The position numbers and the translations under genes are program-made. The notes below the pieces were generated by a model, which ran no database searches, was not told the DNA's origin, and worked only from the letters and a program-made list of their open reading frames with translations. Positions 1-13,376 of a stretch of 64,000 nt of DNA are shown here, one piece after another. The stretch lies in assembly GCA_951406725.2 (NCBI GenBank), contig OX597821.1, forward strand, positions 42,966,001 to 43,030,000, read 5' to 3'. How positions within the stretch are numbered: the first letter of the stretch is position 1; each line of letters starts with the position of its first letter. The DNA comes from Octopus vulgaris (taxonomy: Eukaryota).

Positions 1-3000
1 GATGGATGTTTGGATAGATGTTTGGATGGATGAATGTTTGTATGGATGTATTGAGGGATATTTGGATGGATAGATGTTTGTATTGATGGATGGATGTTTG
101 GATGGATATTTGGATGGATGTTTGGATGTATGAATGGATGTTTGGATTGATGGATGGATGGAGGTTTTGATGGATGGATGGATGTTTGGATGGATGTTTG
201 GATGGATGGATGGATGGATGGATGGATGTTTCGATGGATGGATGGATGGGTCGTTGATTCGATGGTTCGATGGATAGATAGATGGATGTTTCGATTGATG
301 GATGGATGGAGATTTGGATGGATAGATTGATGGATGGATGGATGTTTGGATGGATAGATGGATGGATGGATGGATGGATGGATGTATGGATGGATGGTAT
401 GGATGGATGGATGGATGTTTGGATAGATGCTTGGAAGGATGGATGTTTGTATGGATGGATGGATGGATGGATGGATGGATGTTTAGATGGATGGATGTTT
501 GTATGGATTGATGGATGTTTGTATGGATGTTTGGATGGATGGATGTTTGTATTGATGGATGGATGTTTGAATGGATGGATGTTCGTATGGATGGATGGAT
601 GGATGAATGGATGGATGTTGGATGGATGGATGGATGTTTGTATAGATGGATGGATGGATATTTGGATCGATGGATGTTTGGATGGATGGATGTTTGGATG
701 TATGGATGGATGTTTGGATTGATGGATGGATGGAGATTTTGATGGATGGATTGATGTATGGATCGATGTTTGGATGGATGGATGTTTGGATGGATTGATG
801 GATGGGTGGATGGATGGATGGATGTTTAGATGGATGGATGGATGGGTCGTTGTTTCGAGGATTCGATGGATAGATGGATGGATGTTTGGATGGATGGATG
901 TTTCGATTGATGGATGGATGTTTGGATGGATGGATTGATGTTTGGATGGATGGATGGATGGATGGATGTTTCGTTGGATGGATGGATGGATGTTTGGATG
1001 GATAGATGGATGGATTTTGGATGGATGTTTTGATGTATGGATGCTTGTATTGATGGATGTATGGATGTTTGTATAGATGCTTGGAAGGATGGATATTTGT
1101 ATGGATGGTGTAATTTTGGATGGATGGATGTTTGGACGGATGGATGTTTGGATTGATAGATGGATGTTTGGATCGATGGATTTATGGATGGATGTTTGTA
1201 TTAATGGATGGATGTTTGGATGGATGGATATTCGTATAGATTGATGGATGGATGTTTGAATGGATGGATGTTTGGATGGATGGATGTATGGATGGATGTT
1301 TGAATTGATGGACGGTTGGAGGTTTGGATGGATGTATGGATGGATGTTTTGATGGATGAATGTTTGGATGGATTGATGGAATGGGTGGATGGATGGATGG
1401 ATGGATGGATGGATGGATGGATGGATGGATGGATGGATGGATGGATGGATGTTTGGATGGATGGATGGATGTTTGGATAGAAGCTTGGAAGGATGGATAC
1501 TTGTATGGATGGACGTATTTTTGGATGAATGGATGTTTGGACGGATGGATTTTTGGTTTGAAAAATGGATGTATGGATGGATGTTTCGATGGATTGATGG
1601 ATGGGTGTTTGTATGGATGGATGGATGGTTGTATGGATGGATGGATGTATGGATGGATGTTTGGATGGATAGATGCTTGTATTGATGGATGGATGTTTGG
1701 AGGGATGGATGTTTGGATGGATGGATGTATGGATGGATGGATGTTTGGATTGATGGACGGTTGGAGGTTTGGATGGATGGATGGATGTTTGGATGGATTG
1801 ATGGATGGGTGGATGGATGGATTAATGTTTGGATGGATGGGTGGATGTTTCGATGGATGTTTGGATTGATTTTTCGATTAATGGATGTTTGTATGGATGG
1901 ATGGATGTCTTAATGGATGGATGTTTGGATTGATGGATGGATGGAAGTTTGATGGATGGATGTATGGATGGATTGATTGATGGATTGATGTATGGATCGA
2001 TGGATGTTTGGATGTATGTATGTATTGATTGATGGATGGATGTTTGGTTGGATGGATGGATGTTTGGATGGATGGATGGTTGATGGATGTTTCGATGGAT
2101 TTTTTTAATGGATGGATGGATGTTTGGATGGATGTTTGGGAGGGATGGATTTATGAATAGATGTTTGGATTGATGTATCGTTGGAAGTTTTGATGGATGG
2201 ATGGATGTTTGGATGGATTAATGGATGGGTGAATGGATTGATAGATGGATGGATGTTTGGGTTCATTGAGGGACGGATTGGTGTTTTGATGGACGTTTGG
2301 ATACATGGATGGATTGATGTTTGAATGGATGGATGGATGGACGTTTGGATTGATCGATGGATGGATGTTTGGATGAATGGATGTTTGGATTGATTTGTGG
2401 ATGTTTGTATGGATCGATGGATTTATGGATGGATGTTTGTATTAATGGATGGATGTTTGGATGGATGGATGTTCGTATAGATTGATGGATGGATGGATGT
2501 TTGAATGGATGGATGTTTGGATGGATGGATGTATGGATGGATGTTTGAATTGATGGACGGTTGGAGGTTTGGATGGATGTATGGATGGATGTTTTGATGG
2601 GATGGATGGAATGTTTGGATGGATTGATGGATGGGTGGATGGATGGATGTTTGGATGGATGTTTGGATGGATGGATGTTTGTATGGATGGATAGATAGAT
2701 GGATGGATGTTTGGATGGATGTTTGGATGTATGGATGCTTGTATGGATGGATATTTGGATGGATGGATGTTAGGATGGATGTATGGATGGATTTTTTGAT
2801 GGATGGATGAATTTTTCGATGGATGGATGGATGAATTTTTCGATGGATGGATGGATGGATGTTTGCATGGATGGATGGATGGATGGATATTTGTATGGAT
2901 TGATGGATGGACGTTCGGATGGATGTTTCGATGGATGGATGGATGTTTGGATTGATGGATGGATGGATAGTGGGTGTTTGGATTGCTGGATGGATGTTTG

Positions 3001-3950
3001 GATTGATAGATGGATGTTTCGATGGATGGATGTTTCGATGGATAGATGGATGGATGTTTGGATGGATGGATGGATGTTTGGATAGAAGCTTGGAAGGATG
3101 GATATTTGTATGGATGGATGTATTTTTGGATGAATGGATGTTTGGACGGATGGATTTTTGGATTGATAGATGGATGTATGGATGGATGTTTCGATGGATT
3201 GATGGATGGATGTTTGTATGGATTGATGGATGGTTGTATGGATGGATGGATGTATGGATGGATGTTTGGATGGATGGATGCTTGTGTTGATGGATGGATG
3301 TTTGGAGGGATGGATGTTTGGATGGATGGATGTTTGGATGGATGGATGTATGGATGGATGTTTGGATTGATGGACGGTTGGAGGTTTGGATGGATGGATG
3401 GATGGATCGATGGATCTATGTTTGGATGGATGGATGGATGTTTGGATGGATGGGTGGATGTTTCGATGGATGGATCGATGGATGTTTGGATAGATTTTTC
3501 GATTAATGGATGTTTGTATGGATGGATGGAAGTTTTGATGGATGGATGTATGGATGGATTGATGGATGGATGGATGATGTATGGATCGATGGATGTTTGG
3601 ATGTATGTATGTATGTGTGGATGGATGGATGGATGTTTGGATGGATGGATGGATGTTTGGATGGATGGATGGATTGATGGATGTTTCGATGGAAATTTTT
3701 TATGGATGGATGGATGTTTGGATGGATGTTTGGGAGGGATGGATGTATGAATAGATGTTTGAATGGATGGATGGATGGAAGGGAGGATGGATGGATGGAC
3801 GTTTGGATTGATCGATGGATGGATGTTTGGATTGATTTGTGGATGGATGTATGGATCGATGGATATTTGGATGGATGGATTTTCGATGAATGGATGGATG
3901 GATGGATGTTTGGATGGATGGCTGGATGGTAGGGAGGATAGATGGTTGGA
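1..3950. repeat. Degenerate (GGAT)n / GGATGTTT simple satellite with internal higher-order duplications
   Basis: Continuous GATG/GGAT units with gttt and gtat variants. The landmark 'gatagaagcttggaagg' recurs at ~1477 and ~3081. Confidence 0.97.
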
Positions 3951-3987
3951 TTTATTTATTTATTTATTTCAGACGGTTGGATTTTTT

Positions 3988-4700
3988 TCAGAAGCGTAAT
4001 GTCTCAAGATTGGTGATTCGACATTGTGTTACATATCCTGGTGTTCCAATAATTACAGGCATAGATCTGAATTTGTAATCTTGGTAGAGTATCTCTAGAT
4101 TTCTCAATAGTTCAGCGTAGGTATTCTCATTTTCACTGATCTTTAGCCTTATGTTAAGAACCGCTGGGTAGCTGATTTCTGTGCATAGTTTCTTTTCTCT
4201 GTCCCAAATCATTATATCGGGTCTAAATGTTTTCATTTTATTGAGGATTTCAGTGGGACATTCCACCAGTACTCCTTTTTATTATGATTGTCTATGGCTT
4301 CTATCATACTATGGGTTCTTATTACTTTATCTTCAGGATTATCCTTTCGATGGATTTCATTATATAGTGTCCTAACTGCAACATCATGTCTCATTGATAG
4401 ATAATATTATGATAACATTTTCAGACAACTGCTTATGATGTGTGTGATATGTTTGATCTTAACTCCACAAAGTCTTCATCGGTTGTCATATTTTACTGCT
4501 TTTCCTGCATCTCTCTCCCTTTTGTGCATCAGGTATTTGGTTGATATTTCCTGTTCCTGCATTGCAAATGCATACCCTGCAAAGTGGGAGGTAGTAATCT
4601 GGTTGTTGGTCTATGATCGACTGCTTTGATGATCAATGTTACTATCATCTATGAGCTTTCTGTCAACATATCCATGCATGGCCTTCTGTTCATATATTGT
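3988..4700 (-). mobile_element. RLE-type non-LTR retrotransposon C-terminal fragment (zinc knuckle + restriction-like endonuclease)
   Basis: ORF 3988-4266 contains RPDIMIWD...TEIS...MPVIIG. Upstream sequence encodes remnants of C-x2-C...HIISSC and RHD motifs. Confidence 0.8.
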
Positions 4701-4749
4701 TTTCCAATCTTAATTTTATGTCTTGTAAAGTAACTGGCAGTTCACAAAT

Positions 4750-6110
4750 GACATTACACAAAACATTTTTAATTTCATTTTCTTCTCACAAAGCAGCAAT
4801 TGTGGTATCTTCCAATGGTTCAGCCTTTTTTAAAATCAGTCTTGGTAGACAATCAGCATGTCCTAATCTTTTGGATGGTATATACTCCATCTTGAAATCA
4901 TAGTTTAATAATATTGTGCCCCAGCATTGATAGTATGGATAGGAGTTCCTTTTTTCAACCTAAATATTTTTTTCTTCTCTAGTTTCAGCTCAGCGCTGCA
5001 GCCATGCATAAAAAGCTGCGAAATTTTTGTTTTGACAAAAATAATCGCTAGAGCTTCTATTTCAATGTGACTATAATTTTTCTTTGCTGATATCAGAGAA
5101 CATGAGGCATGAACCACTGCCTTCATGTTACCATCTTTATATTTATGTAGCATTACTGTTCTTATACCATACTCAGAAGCATCTGAAGCTACAACAATCT
5201 CTGCTGCAGGATTGAAGTGTGCTAACAACAAATCAGATATTAATATTTTTTTTTATTTCATCAAATGCTTTTTGACAATTTTCCAACCAATTTCGGTTCA
5301 TATCTTTTTTCAGCAGATTATTCAGTGGAACCCTCACCTAATGTATATTTGGAATATAATTTTGGGTATGATTTACCAATCCTAAAAATGCTTGTAAGGT
5401 CACTATACTTGTTGGAGAGGGTATATTTTTATTGTGTCTGCCCTTGATGGGTCTGCTCAACGTCCATTTCTGTCAATGATTTGTCCTAAATATCTTTGTT
5501 TTCCTGTGGGAAAAATCCCCCCTAAAGTAAAACCATAATCTCTAATTTTTTCAAATACGTATTTTACATGCTTTCCATGTTGTTCCTTAGATTCACTTTT
5601 AATGAGTTTATCATTCAGATATGGAATTGTGAATTCACAGTCCACCAACACTGCATCCATAATCTGTTGAAAAATCACCGGTTCGACTTTTAAGCCAAAT
5701 GGTAACCTGTTGTATTTATACTGTTCTTTATGTGTGTCAATTGTTAGGTATTTAGAGCATTCATCATCTACTCTAATGTGTAGGGACGCGTCAGAGCGAT
5801 CCAATTTAGAAAATATATTGTCACTGTTTAATTTTGCGAAAATATCCTCTGGTGTAGGTAGTGGATAGTGGCATATTTTAAGACATCTGTTTAAACCAAT
5901 GTAAAAATCAGTGCACAGTCTGATTTTAGTATTATTTTTCTTAATGTACATAGTTGGTGCTGACCATTGACTATATTCCACTCTCAGGATAATTCCAGTT
6001 TTTTCTAGCCTCTCTAACTCCAAGTTTATCTGTTTTAATACTGTGAATGGTATCATTAATTTTTGTTGCAATACTGGTATGACGTTTTATTTGAAACTGT
6101 GCTTTTTGGT
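4750..6110 (-). mobile_element. Ty3/Gypsy LTR retrotransposon pol fragment (RT-RNase H), degenerate
   Basis: ORF 5457-6071 has WSAPT, IRLCTDF, YPLPTPEDIF, YNRLPFGLK and YLND (decayed YLDD). ORF 4905-5231 has DASEYGI and NYSHIEIEALAII. Confidence 0.92.
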
Positions 6111-6436
6111 ACTCAGGCCTAATTTATCAGCAGAACTTTTGGAACTTTTCCCCATGTCTTACTTTCCCATACACTCATGCAACCTCTAACCACCCACCCT
6201 TTCAGTTCTTCTGTCCTCTCTTCTATTCACCTCATACTTTGGGGAACACTCAGGCACCTCATCACTACTATCTTTTCATCTGTTCTCAGCTCCACCCCAA
6301 TCTCCTCCACCCATTCTTGTAAAATATGAGCACCCACCAAGTAGCTTCTCTATAACAAAATACCTTTTCTGCTTTGGCTCCCTTTTCTCATACTTTGACT
6401 TTTCATCTCCTGGCTTTAAGCTACTCCACTTTGGGC

Positions 6437-6660
6437 TCATTGCCTTGAAAGCTGCATGGTGACTTCACATGTGTTGGTGGCATAAAAGAAGCACCTAGTA
6501 TAAGCTGTAAAACGGTTGGCATTAGGAAGGGCATTGAGCTGTAGAAATGCCAAAGCAGTCACTGAAGCATGATGCTGTTCTTGAACCCATTCTATCAAAA
6601 TCAAACTGTCCAGTGCATGCCAGCATGGAACTTGGATATCAAATGATACCACTGATGGTG
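6437..6660 (+). mobile_element. Isolated RTE 3'-UTR-derived short repeat
   Basis: 'ggttggcattaggaagggcat...catgccagcatggaa' is the reverse complement of the RTE 3' ends at 7652-7800, 13380-13540 and 22078-22220. Confidence 0.7.
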
Positions 6661-6722
6661 GCAGCAGCAGCACAATGAAATGTCATTCATCTTATCAGTA
6701 AAGCGATGTTGTTTTGTTTCAG

Positions 6723-6826
6723 TGAATTATGGTAGCTGGTTTGAATATACGCAACAGTGGGAGAAAGATATCAAAGACCATCCTGAACTACCCATTTTGA
6801 TAGTTAAATATGAAGATCTTAAAAAG
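6723..6826 (+). CDS. Cytosolic sulfotransferase (SULT1/2-like), internal exon
   Basis: tttcAG acceptor (6721-6722) and GTgaaa donor (6827). Translates (V)NYGSWFEYTQQWEKDIKDHPELPILIVKYEDLKK, with the SULT motifs YGSW and YEDLK. Confidence 0.93.
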
Positions 6827-6995
6827 GTGAAATATCTTTTGTCTACTCAAACATGAAATTTATTTTTGTTTTTTGTAATCTTTTATAAGGCATTTTTGTA
6901 TTTCTACAAGTTATATGATAAAACTGTACTAAAATTTTTATTTTATTGATATTTGTGTGTTTGTGTTATTGTTTTTTTTTTCATATTTTCTTTAG

Positions 6996-7161
6996 GATCC
7001 AGTGAGCAATGTGGCTAAAGTGGCTGAATTTTTAGGCCTTCCTAAAAATGACCAACTTTTTGAAGATATTGCTGACAAATGTTCTTTTGCTAAAATGAAG
7101 GCAGTAAAACCTCTTCTACCTGAATTTTTTCGAACTCCTGGTGAATCATTGTTTCGAAAAG
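6996..7161 (+). CDS. Cytosolic sulfotransferase, penultimate exon
   Basis: Polypyrimidine tract plus tttAG acceptor. Translates DPVSNVAKVAEFLGLPKNDQLFEDIADKCSFAKMK...LFRK(G). GT donor at 7162 splits the Gly of RKG in phase 1, compatible with both neighbouring exons. Confidence 0.92.
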
Positions 7162-7477
7162 GTCCAATCTTTGATTTTTATTTTCACCATTTCTACAAAT
7201 TATCATTGTCATTGCTTTTATTCAAATTGACTTGCTTGAATCAAATGAAATTTACTGCTGTAGATTCTCAATGGCCAGATTCCAATCTTGTTGCCAATTC
7301 ACCCATTTCCATTCAAAGTAAACTTTACCATGGCCAGACATATTTTCCATGGAAGATTGGAAACAAACATCACTTGTGTGTCAGTGACACTAATTTACAT
7401 CCATCACATGATGTTAAGAAAAGGGTACTCGCAAACAGATGCACACACACACGCATGCACACACACACACACACACA

Positions 7478-7620
7478 ATGGGCCTCTTTCAGTCTCTAGC
7501 TATGATATCTACTCACAAGGCCTTGGTCGACCCACCAAGAAGACACCTGCCCAAAGTGCAGCACTGTAGGACTGAACTCAGAACCACATGGTTGAGAAGC
7601 AAGCTTCAACTAATTACAAT
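7478..7620 (-). mobile_element. tRNA-derived CORE-type SINE (octopus OR/OK-like), degenerate 5' part
   Basis: Reverse-complement similarity to the full copy at 62967-63352. Confidence 0.75.
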
Positions 7621-7650
7621 GTGGATATATATATATATATATATATATAT

Positions 7651-10600
7651 ATCATCATTTTCCATCCTGGCATAGGTTGGACGGTTTGACCAGGCTGGCA
7701 CACTGGAAGGCTGCACCAGACTCCAGTCTGATTTGGCATGGTTTTCTATGGCTAGCTGCCCTTCCTAACACCAACCACTCCGAGAGTGTAATGGGTGCTT
7801 TTATGTGCACTGGCACAGGTACTATTTGTGAGCCACTTTGTCTCCACGAGGCCCAATGCTTGAAAGGAACTCAACCACTCTGCCTCCCTGAGGCCCAACA
7901 CTTAAAAGGTGTTCTTTATATGCCACCAGCATAGGTGCACTTGGCTTGATGGATCCTCTCAAGCTCAGCATATCACCGAAGGTCTTGGTCACTAGTCATT
8001 GCATCTGTGAAGTTCAAAGTTTGAAGATCATGCTTCACCACCTCATTCCATGACTTCCTGGGTCTACCTCTACCACAGGTTCCCTGCACAGTTAGAGATC
8101 AGCACTTCTCTACACAGCTGTTCTCTTCCATGTGCATCACATGACCATACCAGTGCAGTCTCTCTCTTGCACACCACATTTGATGCCATTTATGCCTAAC
8201 TTTTCTCTCAAGATGCTTACACTCTGTTGTGTGTGCACATTGGCATCGCACACCCAGCGAAGCATACTGGCTTCACTTCTTTCAAGCCTACACATGTCCT
8301 TGGCTGTCACAGCCCATATTTCCCTGCTATGCAGCATGGTTGTTCGCACACAGGCATCAAACAATCTGCCTTTCACTCTGAGAGAGAGGCCCTTTGTTGC
8401 CAGCAGGGGTAGGAGCTCTCTGAACTTTGCCCAGCCTAATCTTATTCTCACAACAATGCTCTCGGAGCATCCACCTCCACTACTCACTTGGTCACCTAGA
8501 TATCACAAGCTATCTACTATCTCTAGCTTGCCCCCACCCCCCGGCAGTTGACAGAGTCTATTTTCTGCACATTTTCAGCGTTTATTGTAACTGTGCATCT
8601 TCCACATAGAAAAGCTAGTTTCCCTGTTAACATTCCTCCAATATAGTGTCCAAAGTTTACACTGGGTGCATGATATAGAGTTTCCACCTACACCTTTTCT
8701 ACAGATCGAGCAGAACCATCTAACAGAAGGGATTTGTGATTTGTCTGCCTTCCTACTTACTAAGACTTTTGTTTTTGCTAGGTTAACTCTAAGGCACTTT
8801 GATTCTAGACCTTGCTTCAATATCTGGAACTTCTCTAGTTCAGGTAGTGATTCAACTATAAGAGCAAGGCCATCAGCTCAGAGGAGCTCCCAAGGACAGC
8901 CTGTCTTGAATTCCTGTTATTGCCTGGAGGACTTTGATGAACAAGTGGGACCTGTGCACCAATCCTTGGTGAACCCCTACTTCTACCTGGAATTCTTTGC
9001 TGTACTCATTGGCAACCCTCACCTTACTGGTAGCATCCCTGTACATAGCTTGTACAGCTCTCACCAACTACTTGTCTATCCCTAGTTTCCACATTGAACA
9101 CCAGATAAGGGATCGAGGGATCCAGTCAAATGATTTCTACAAGTCAACAAAGGCCAAGTACAGAGGTTTATCTTTGGCTATGTATTTCTCCTGCAGCTGC
9201 CTTACCATAAATCTAGCACCAGTGGTGCTTCTCCCTGGCACAAAACCAAACTGCATCTCATCTTAGCAGACTCTCTCTCTAATTAGTTTGGCTATGACCC
9301 TCTCCATGACTGTCATCACCTGATCCAACAGTTTGATACCCCTGTAGTTATTTCTATCTAAAGCATCACCTTTACCTTTGTAGCAGTTGACTATGGTGCT
9401 GCTACACCAGTCATTGGGTATGACTTCTTTGTGAACCACCTGATTTACAATATGGGTGACTAGACCATAACCCACATCACCAGATATTTTAAGCATCTCA
9501 GTAGTGATTGAGGGCTGTTCCTGTCATCATATCCTTAATTGCTTTATCTACCATGGAACTGTCGATTTGGGTAACCAGTCCCTCAATTGGGTCAACATTT
9601 GGCAGACTCTCCTCCTCCCAATCATTCTCTATGTTCAGCAGTCTTTCATGATGGCATTTCCAAGCCTCTTTCTTTGCAGAATTATTACATGCAAGTGCTC
9701 CATCATCCATACAGACACATTTCTCTCCTATGACATCATGATTTTCTCTCACACGCTGTCTTGCAATCTGAAACACTCCAGTTCTTTGATCCTCACATCA
9801 TTGAACATAGGCAAACTTCTTCTTTTCTGCTTCTCCCTCGGTTAGATATATTTGTCTCCTAGCACCCCTTCTGGCAATCTAATACAGTTCCCTGCTACCC
9901 CCATTCTTCCAGGTTTTTTTTTTCTGCTCTAATGGTAGGCGCGGGCATGGCTGTGTGGTTAGGGAGCTTGCTTCCTAGCTACATGGTTTCGGGTTCAGTC
10001 CCACTGCGTGGCACTTTGGGTAGGTGTCTTCCACTATAGCCCCGAGCTGACCGGAGCTTTGTGATTGAATTCGGTAGGTGGAAGTTACTGCCGTGTGTGC
10101 ATATGTGCGTGTAGGTGCTTGTGCCTCTCCCAAAGAGAGAGAGGGGTCCTGTTTATCACGTCATTCCACCACCCTGTTACCCTAGATCTGGATGGGACTT
10201 TGTGCCAGCTACAGATTTGGTCTGTGGCACTCAGCAAGCTGTCCCTTGGGAATTTCCAGTTGCTCTCTATGTCACAAGTCTGTAGCTCCTCCTCCTTTTC
10301 ATTGAATTTCTCAATTAGGATGTCCCTAAATCTCTGAGTATATGAAGGATCCATAAGCTTCCAAATCCTTTTTCCAGATTGGTTTACTTATTGGCATCCT
10401 TCTGGCTTGGAGTCTAAAGTCACTAATGAATAGTCTATGCTGGGGGGTACATTCTTCAGCAGGGAGGAGCTTTGTATTTAGGAGCAACGATGCATCCCAC
10501 TGTCTGGTGAGAATGTAATCTATCTGGCTAGCACAGACATCTGATTGGTAGGTTATCAGGTGGCTGTCTGGCTTCCTGAAGTTCGTGTTGCAGATCAAAA

Positions 10601-11200
10601 GGTTATTTGCATCACAGAACTCCAGTAGCCTTGTTCCCCCTTCGCCCTTCGTTTCGGGAGCCAAATCTATGGGCCCTATGCACACCATGGAAGATAACAG
10701 GCTGCTGTCTGACATGCCCATTGAAATCCCCAGCCACGAAGAGATCATTATTACTTGTCTTTGAGGTAGCCTGCAGAAGAATATCATAAAATTGGTCCTT
10801 ATGTTCATTTGATAGGTCCGTCTGAGGGGCACAGGCAGAGATAATTGTCATTATACTGTTCTGTAAGACTAGCCTAAGCTCAAGCACTTTATCACCCATT
10901 CTGACTATCTCTATAACCTTATCCACTCATTTCTCTGCAAGAAGTATGCCCATGCCACCTACCCCATCACTGTTACCTTCCCAAAAGATTTTACACCTAT
11001 CTGTCTTGCCTGTCAGGAAACTGGCTGAAGCTCCTCTCCACCTTACCTCTTGGATGCCACATGTATCAATATGCCTCTGTTCAAGCATCTCAACAATCTC
11101 ACTAAACCTACCTTTCAATGTGCCTTCATTGATAGTGCCAGCTCTTAAAACTGGGAAAGGACATGGGAGGGAATATGGGAAGCATGTTATTCAGAACCTG
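7651..11200 (-). mobile_element. Near full-length degenerate RTE-clade LINE, antisense in the SULT last intron
   Basis: APE motifs IQEVRW, SACAPQ, AGDFNGHV, SQIDYIL. RT motifs YKGKGDALDRNNYRGIKLL, VGVHQG. C-terminal RIRLGWAKFRELLPLL. GAT-repeat 3' tail near 7651. Confidence 0.93.
9938..10140 (+). mobile_element. CORE-type SINE nested in the RTE
   Basis: 'ggcgcgggcatggctgtgtggttagggagcttgc...gggttcagtcccactgcgtggcactttggg' matches the head of 62967-63352. Confidence 0.85.
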
Positions 11201-11311
11201 AAAATAAGGTTTCCATAATCATTTGATAACAGACATGTCACATACATTGTTCTCTTGCTTTAACCTATCATCATTCAAACTGGTTAATAATTGTTGCCCC
11301 TATTAATACTA

Positions 11312-11997
11312 ATTAATTAACTCTGTTTGTTAATACATTTTCCTAAATCTTATCACTTCTAGTCTGGAGATGGTTATATGTATGCATGAAAGGCCAGTCT
11401 TCCTTGTCCTCTTTAGCATAGGAAAGTTTTGTTTATTGTATTAATTTATTCTATTAAATTGCCTTAAACCATATTTTAACATCTCCAATCTATAGGTGGT
11501 TATATGTGAAGATGAAAGGTCAATCTTTTTCTCCATTTGATTTAGGAAGTGTATTATAACCTTTGTTTATATTAACTTAAACCAAATACCCGGCCAGATG
11601 CCTTGCAGTTTTTGTTCTGGCTGGAAATTTTGTGTTCAAATCCCACTGCAGCCCACTTGGGTGGTAGACTTAAGCCATTGCCCAGTGTAATATCAGCACT
11701 AGTTTTCCTGTTTGACAATAGCTTTTTCCTCCCTTTTCCAAGCTTCAGAGACCCTATAAAGGTCATGGGCACAGCCTCCTCCTTTGAGTAACAGACAAAA
11801 GAAAAAACCCATATATTAGCACTTTTCTAAATGTGTGAATGTAATTGGCACCAACAGAATACATGGCTTATTTTAATATATTAATTAATTAACTCTGTTT
11901 GTTAATACATTTTCCTAAATCTTATCACTTCTAGTCTGGAAATGATCATATGTGTGCATGAAAGGCCAGTCTTCCTTGTCCTCTTTAGCATAGGAAA
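11312..11997 (+). repeat. Local ~115-bp direct duplication (11312-11426 / 11882-11997)
   Basis: 'taattaactctgtttgttaatacattttcctaaatcttatcacttctagtctgga...ctctttagcataggaaa' is present twice. Confidence 0.85.
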
Positions 11998-12603
11998 TGT
12001 ATTATAACCTCAGTCTATATTAACTAAATCTCTCAGTAACAACAATTCAACATTAAAATGGTTAAATGACAGTCTAATAGAACTAACTAAACATTAGACC
12101 AGATACCTTGTGTTATTTGCTTCTGCTCTTTGCATTCTGAGTTCAAATCCCATAATAGCCTACCATCTTCCATCTCCCCCTTCTCCAAGTTTCAGAGGCC
12201 TTTAAAGCATCAAATGTTCTGCCTTCCCTCCTAGCTAGACTGAAACTGAATAGAAACCAGTTTGATGGATTGTACCTGTAATCCCATGGTACAGTTTTGT
12301 CACACACAATGTCACATTGATTCTGCCTGAGAATTACATTAATGGTACATGTGTCTGTGGAATACTCAGTCACTTATACATTAATTCAATAAGCAAGTAA
12401 TTCACTTGATTGAACAATTGAATCCTTAGTATAAAAAAGCCAATGGAGAACCATCAATTCATCCAGCTGTTGTGTATTGACCACATCACAGTATTTAATG
12501 TTACTCTGGCAACTGATTTCATATTAGAGAAGGTATGTAAAAGACAGTTTCTACTTATTATAGACATGAAATTCTTACAGCCAAAGTCTCTTCTATTTTA
12601 CAG

Positions 12604-12713
12604 GTGTTGTTGGAGACTGGAAGAATTGGTTCACAGTTTCTCAAGAGGAAAGATTCCAAGTGGAATGTGACAAATTTGACAAGCAGTCTACGCTGTTTAG
12701 TACAACGTACTAA
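12604..12713 (+). CDS. Cytosolic sulfotransferase, last coding exon
   Basis: ttttacAG acceptor. Translates (G)VVGDWKNWFTVSQEERFQVECDKFDKQSTLFSTTY*, completing the PAPS-binding RKGxxGDWKNxFT motif. TAA at 12711-12713. Confidence 0.93.
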
Positions 12714-13079
12714 ATATCACTTTAATGTTAGTATGACTTTCTCATAGACATTTTTATACCATATATCTACCATTTCAAATTAGTTCTAATTTTATATCAT
12801 GGACAAATCTGGGGACTGAATTTAATTCCAAAGATTTTATTTTTGGTACAGCTTATATAGTTGGATGCCATTCCTGACACCAGCTACGTTACAGCTGGCA
12901 AAAATGAGTTGTACCTGTAGTTCAAAGGACCAGCCTTGTCACATTCTGTATCATGCTGAATCTTCCTTAAGGGCTCACATGCTGTGGAGTACTCAGCCAC
13001 TTGCATGTTAATTTTATGAGTAGGCTGTTCCTTGGACTGGAACAGTTGTCATTATAACTGACAGTGCTATTTAAATCAT

Positions 13080-13115
<36 letters not shown>

Positions 13116-13140
13116 TTTTGATGGTTTGTAATTAATTTGT

Positions 13141-13174
13141 AATAAATAATGTAATTTTAGAATTGAAAAATAAA
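13141..13174 (+). promoter_or_regulatory. Candidate polyadenylation signals of the SULT gene
   Basis: AATAAA at 13141-13146 and 13169-13174, followed by T/GT-rich sequence about 430-460 nt after the stop. Confidence 0.45.
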
Positions 13175-13310
13175 CGAAGTTCAATGATTTATTGTTGAAA
13201 TAATGTGATGTTTATTTTCTTTTCCTTATTTGTGAACTTGAGTTTTGTTTCCTAACAAATTTTTTTGTCATTTTTTCTAATGTGATTAATTATAGATATG
13301 TAGTGACCAT

Positions 13311-13350
<40 letters not shown>

Positions 13351-13376
13351 ATGGATGTATATGTGTGTATTATATA

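Noticed and set aside
282-4078. Many MDGW-rich ORFs
   Set aside because: Translations of the (GGAT)n satellite in all three frames, not proteins.
7002-7499. 165-aa ORF as a standalone gene
   Set aside because: Only 6996-7161 is SULT-like. The rest is intron read-through.
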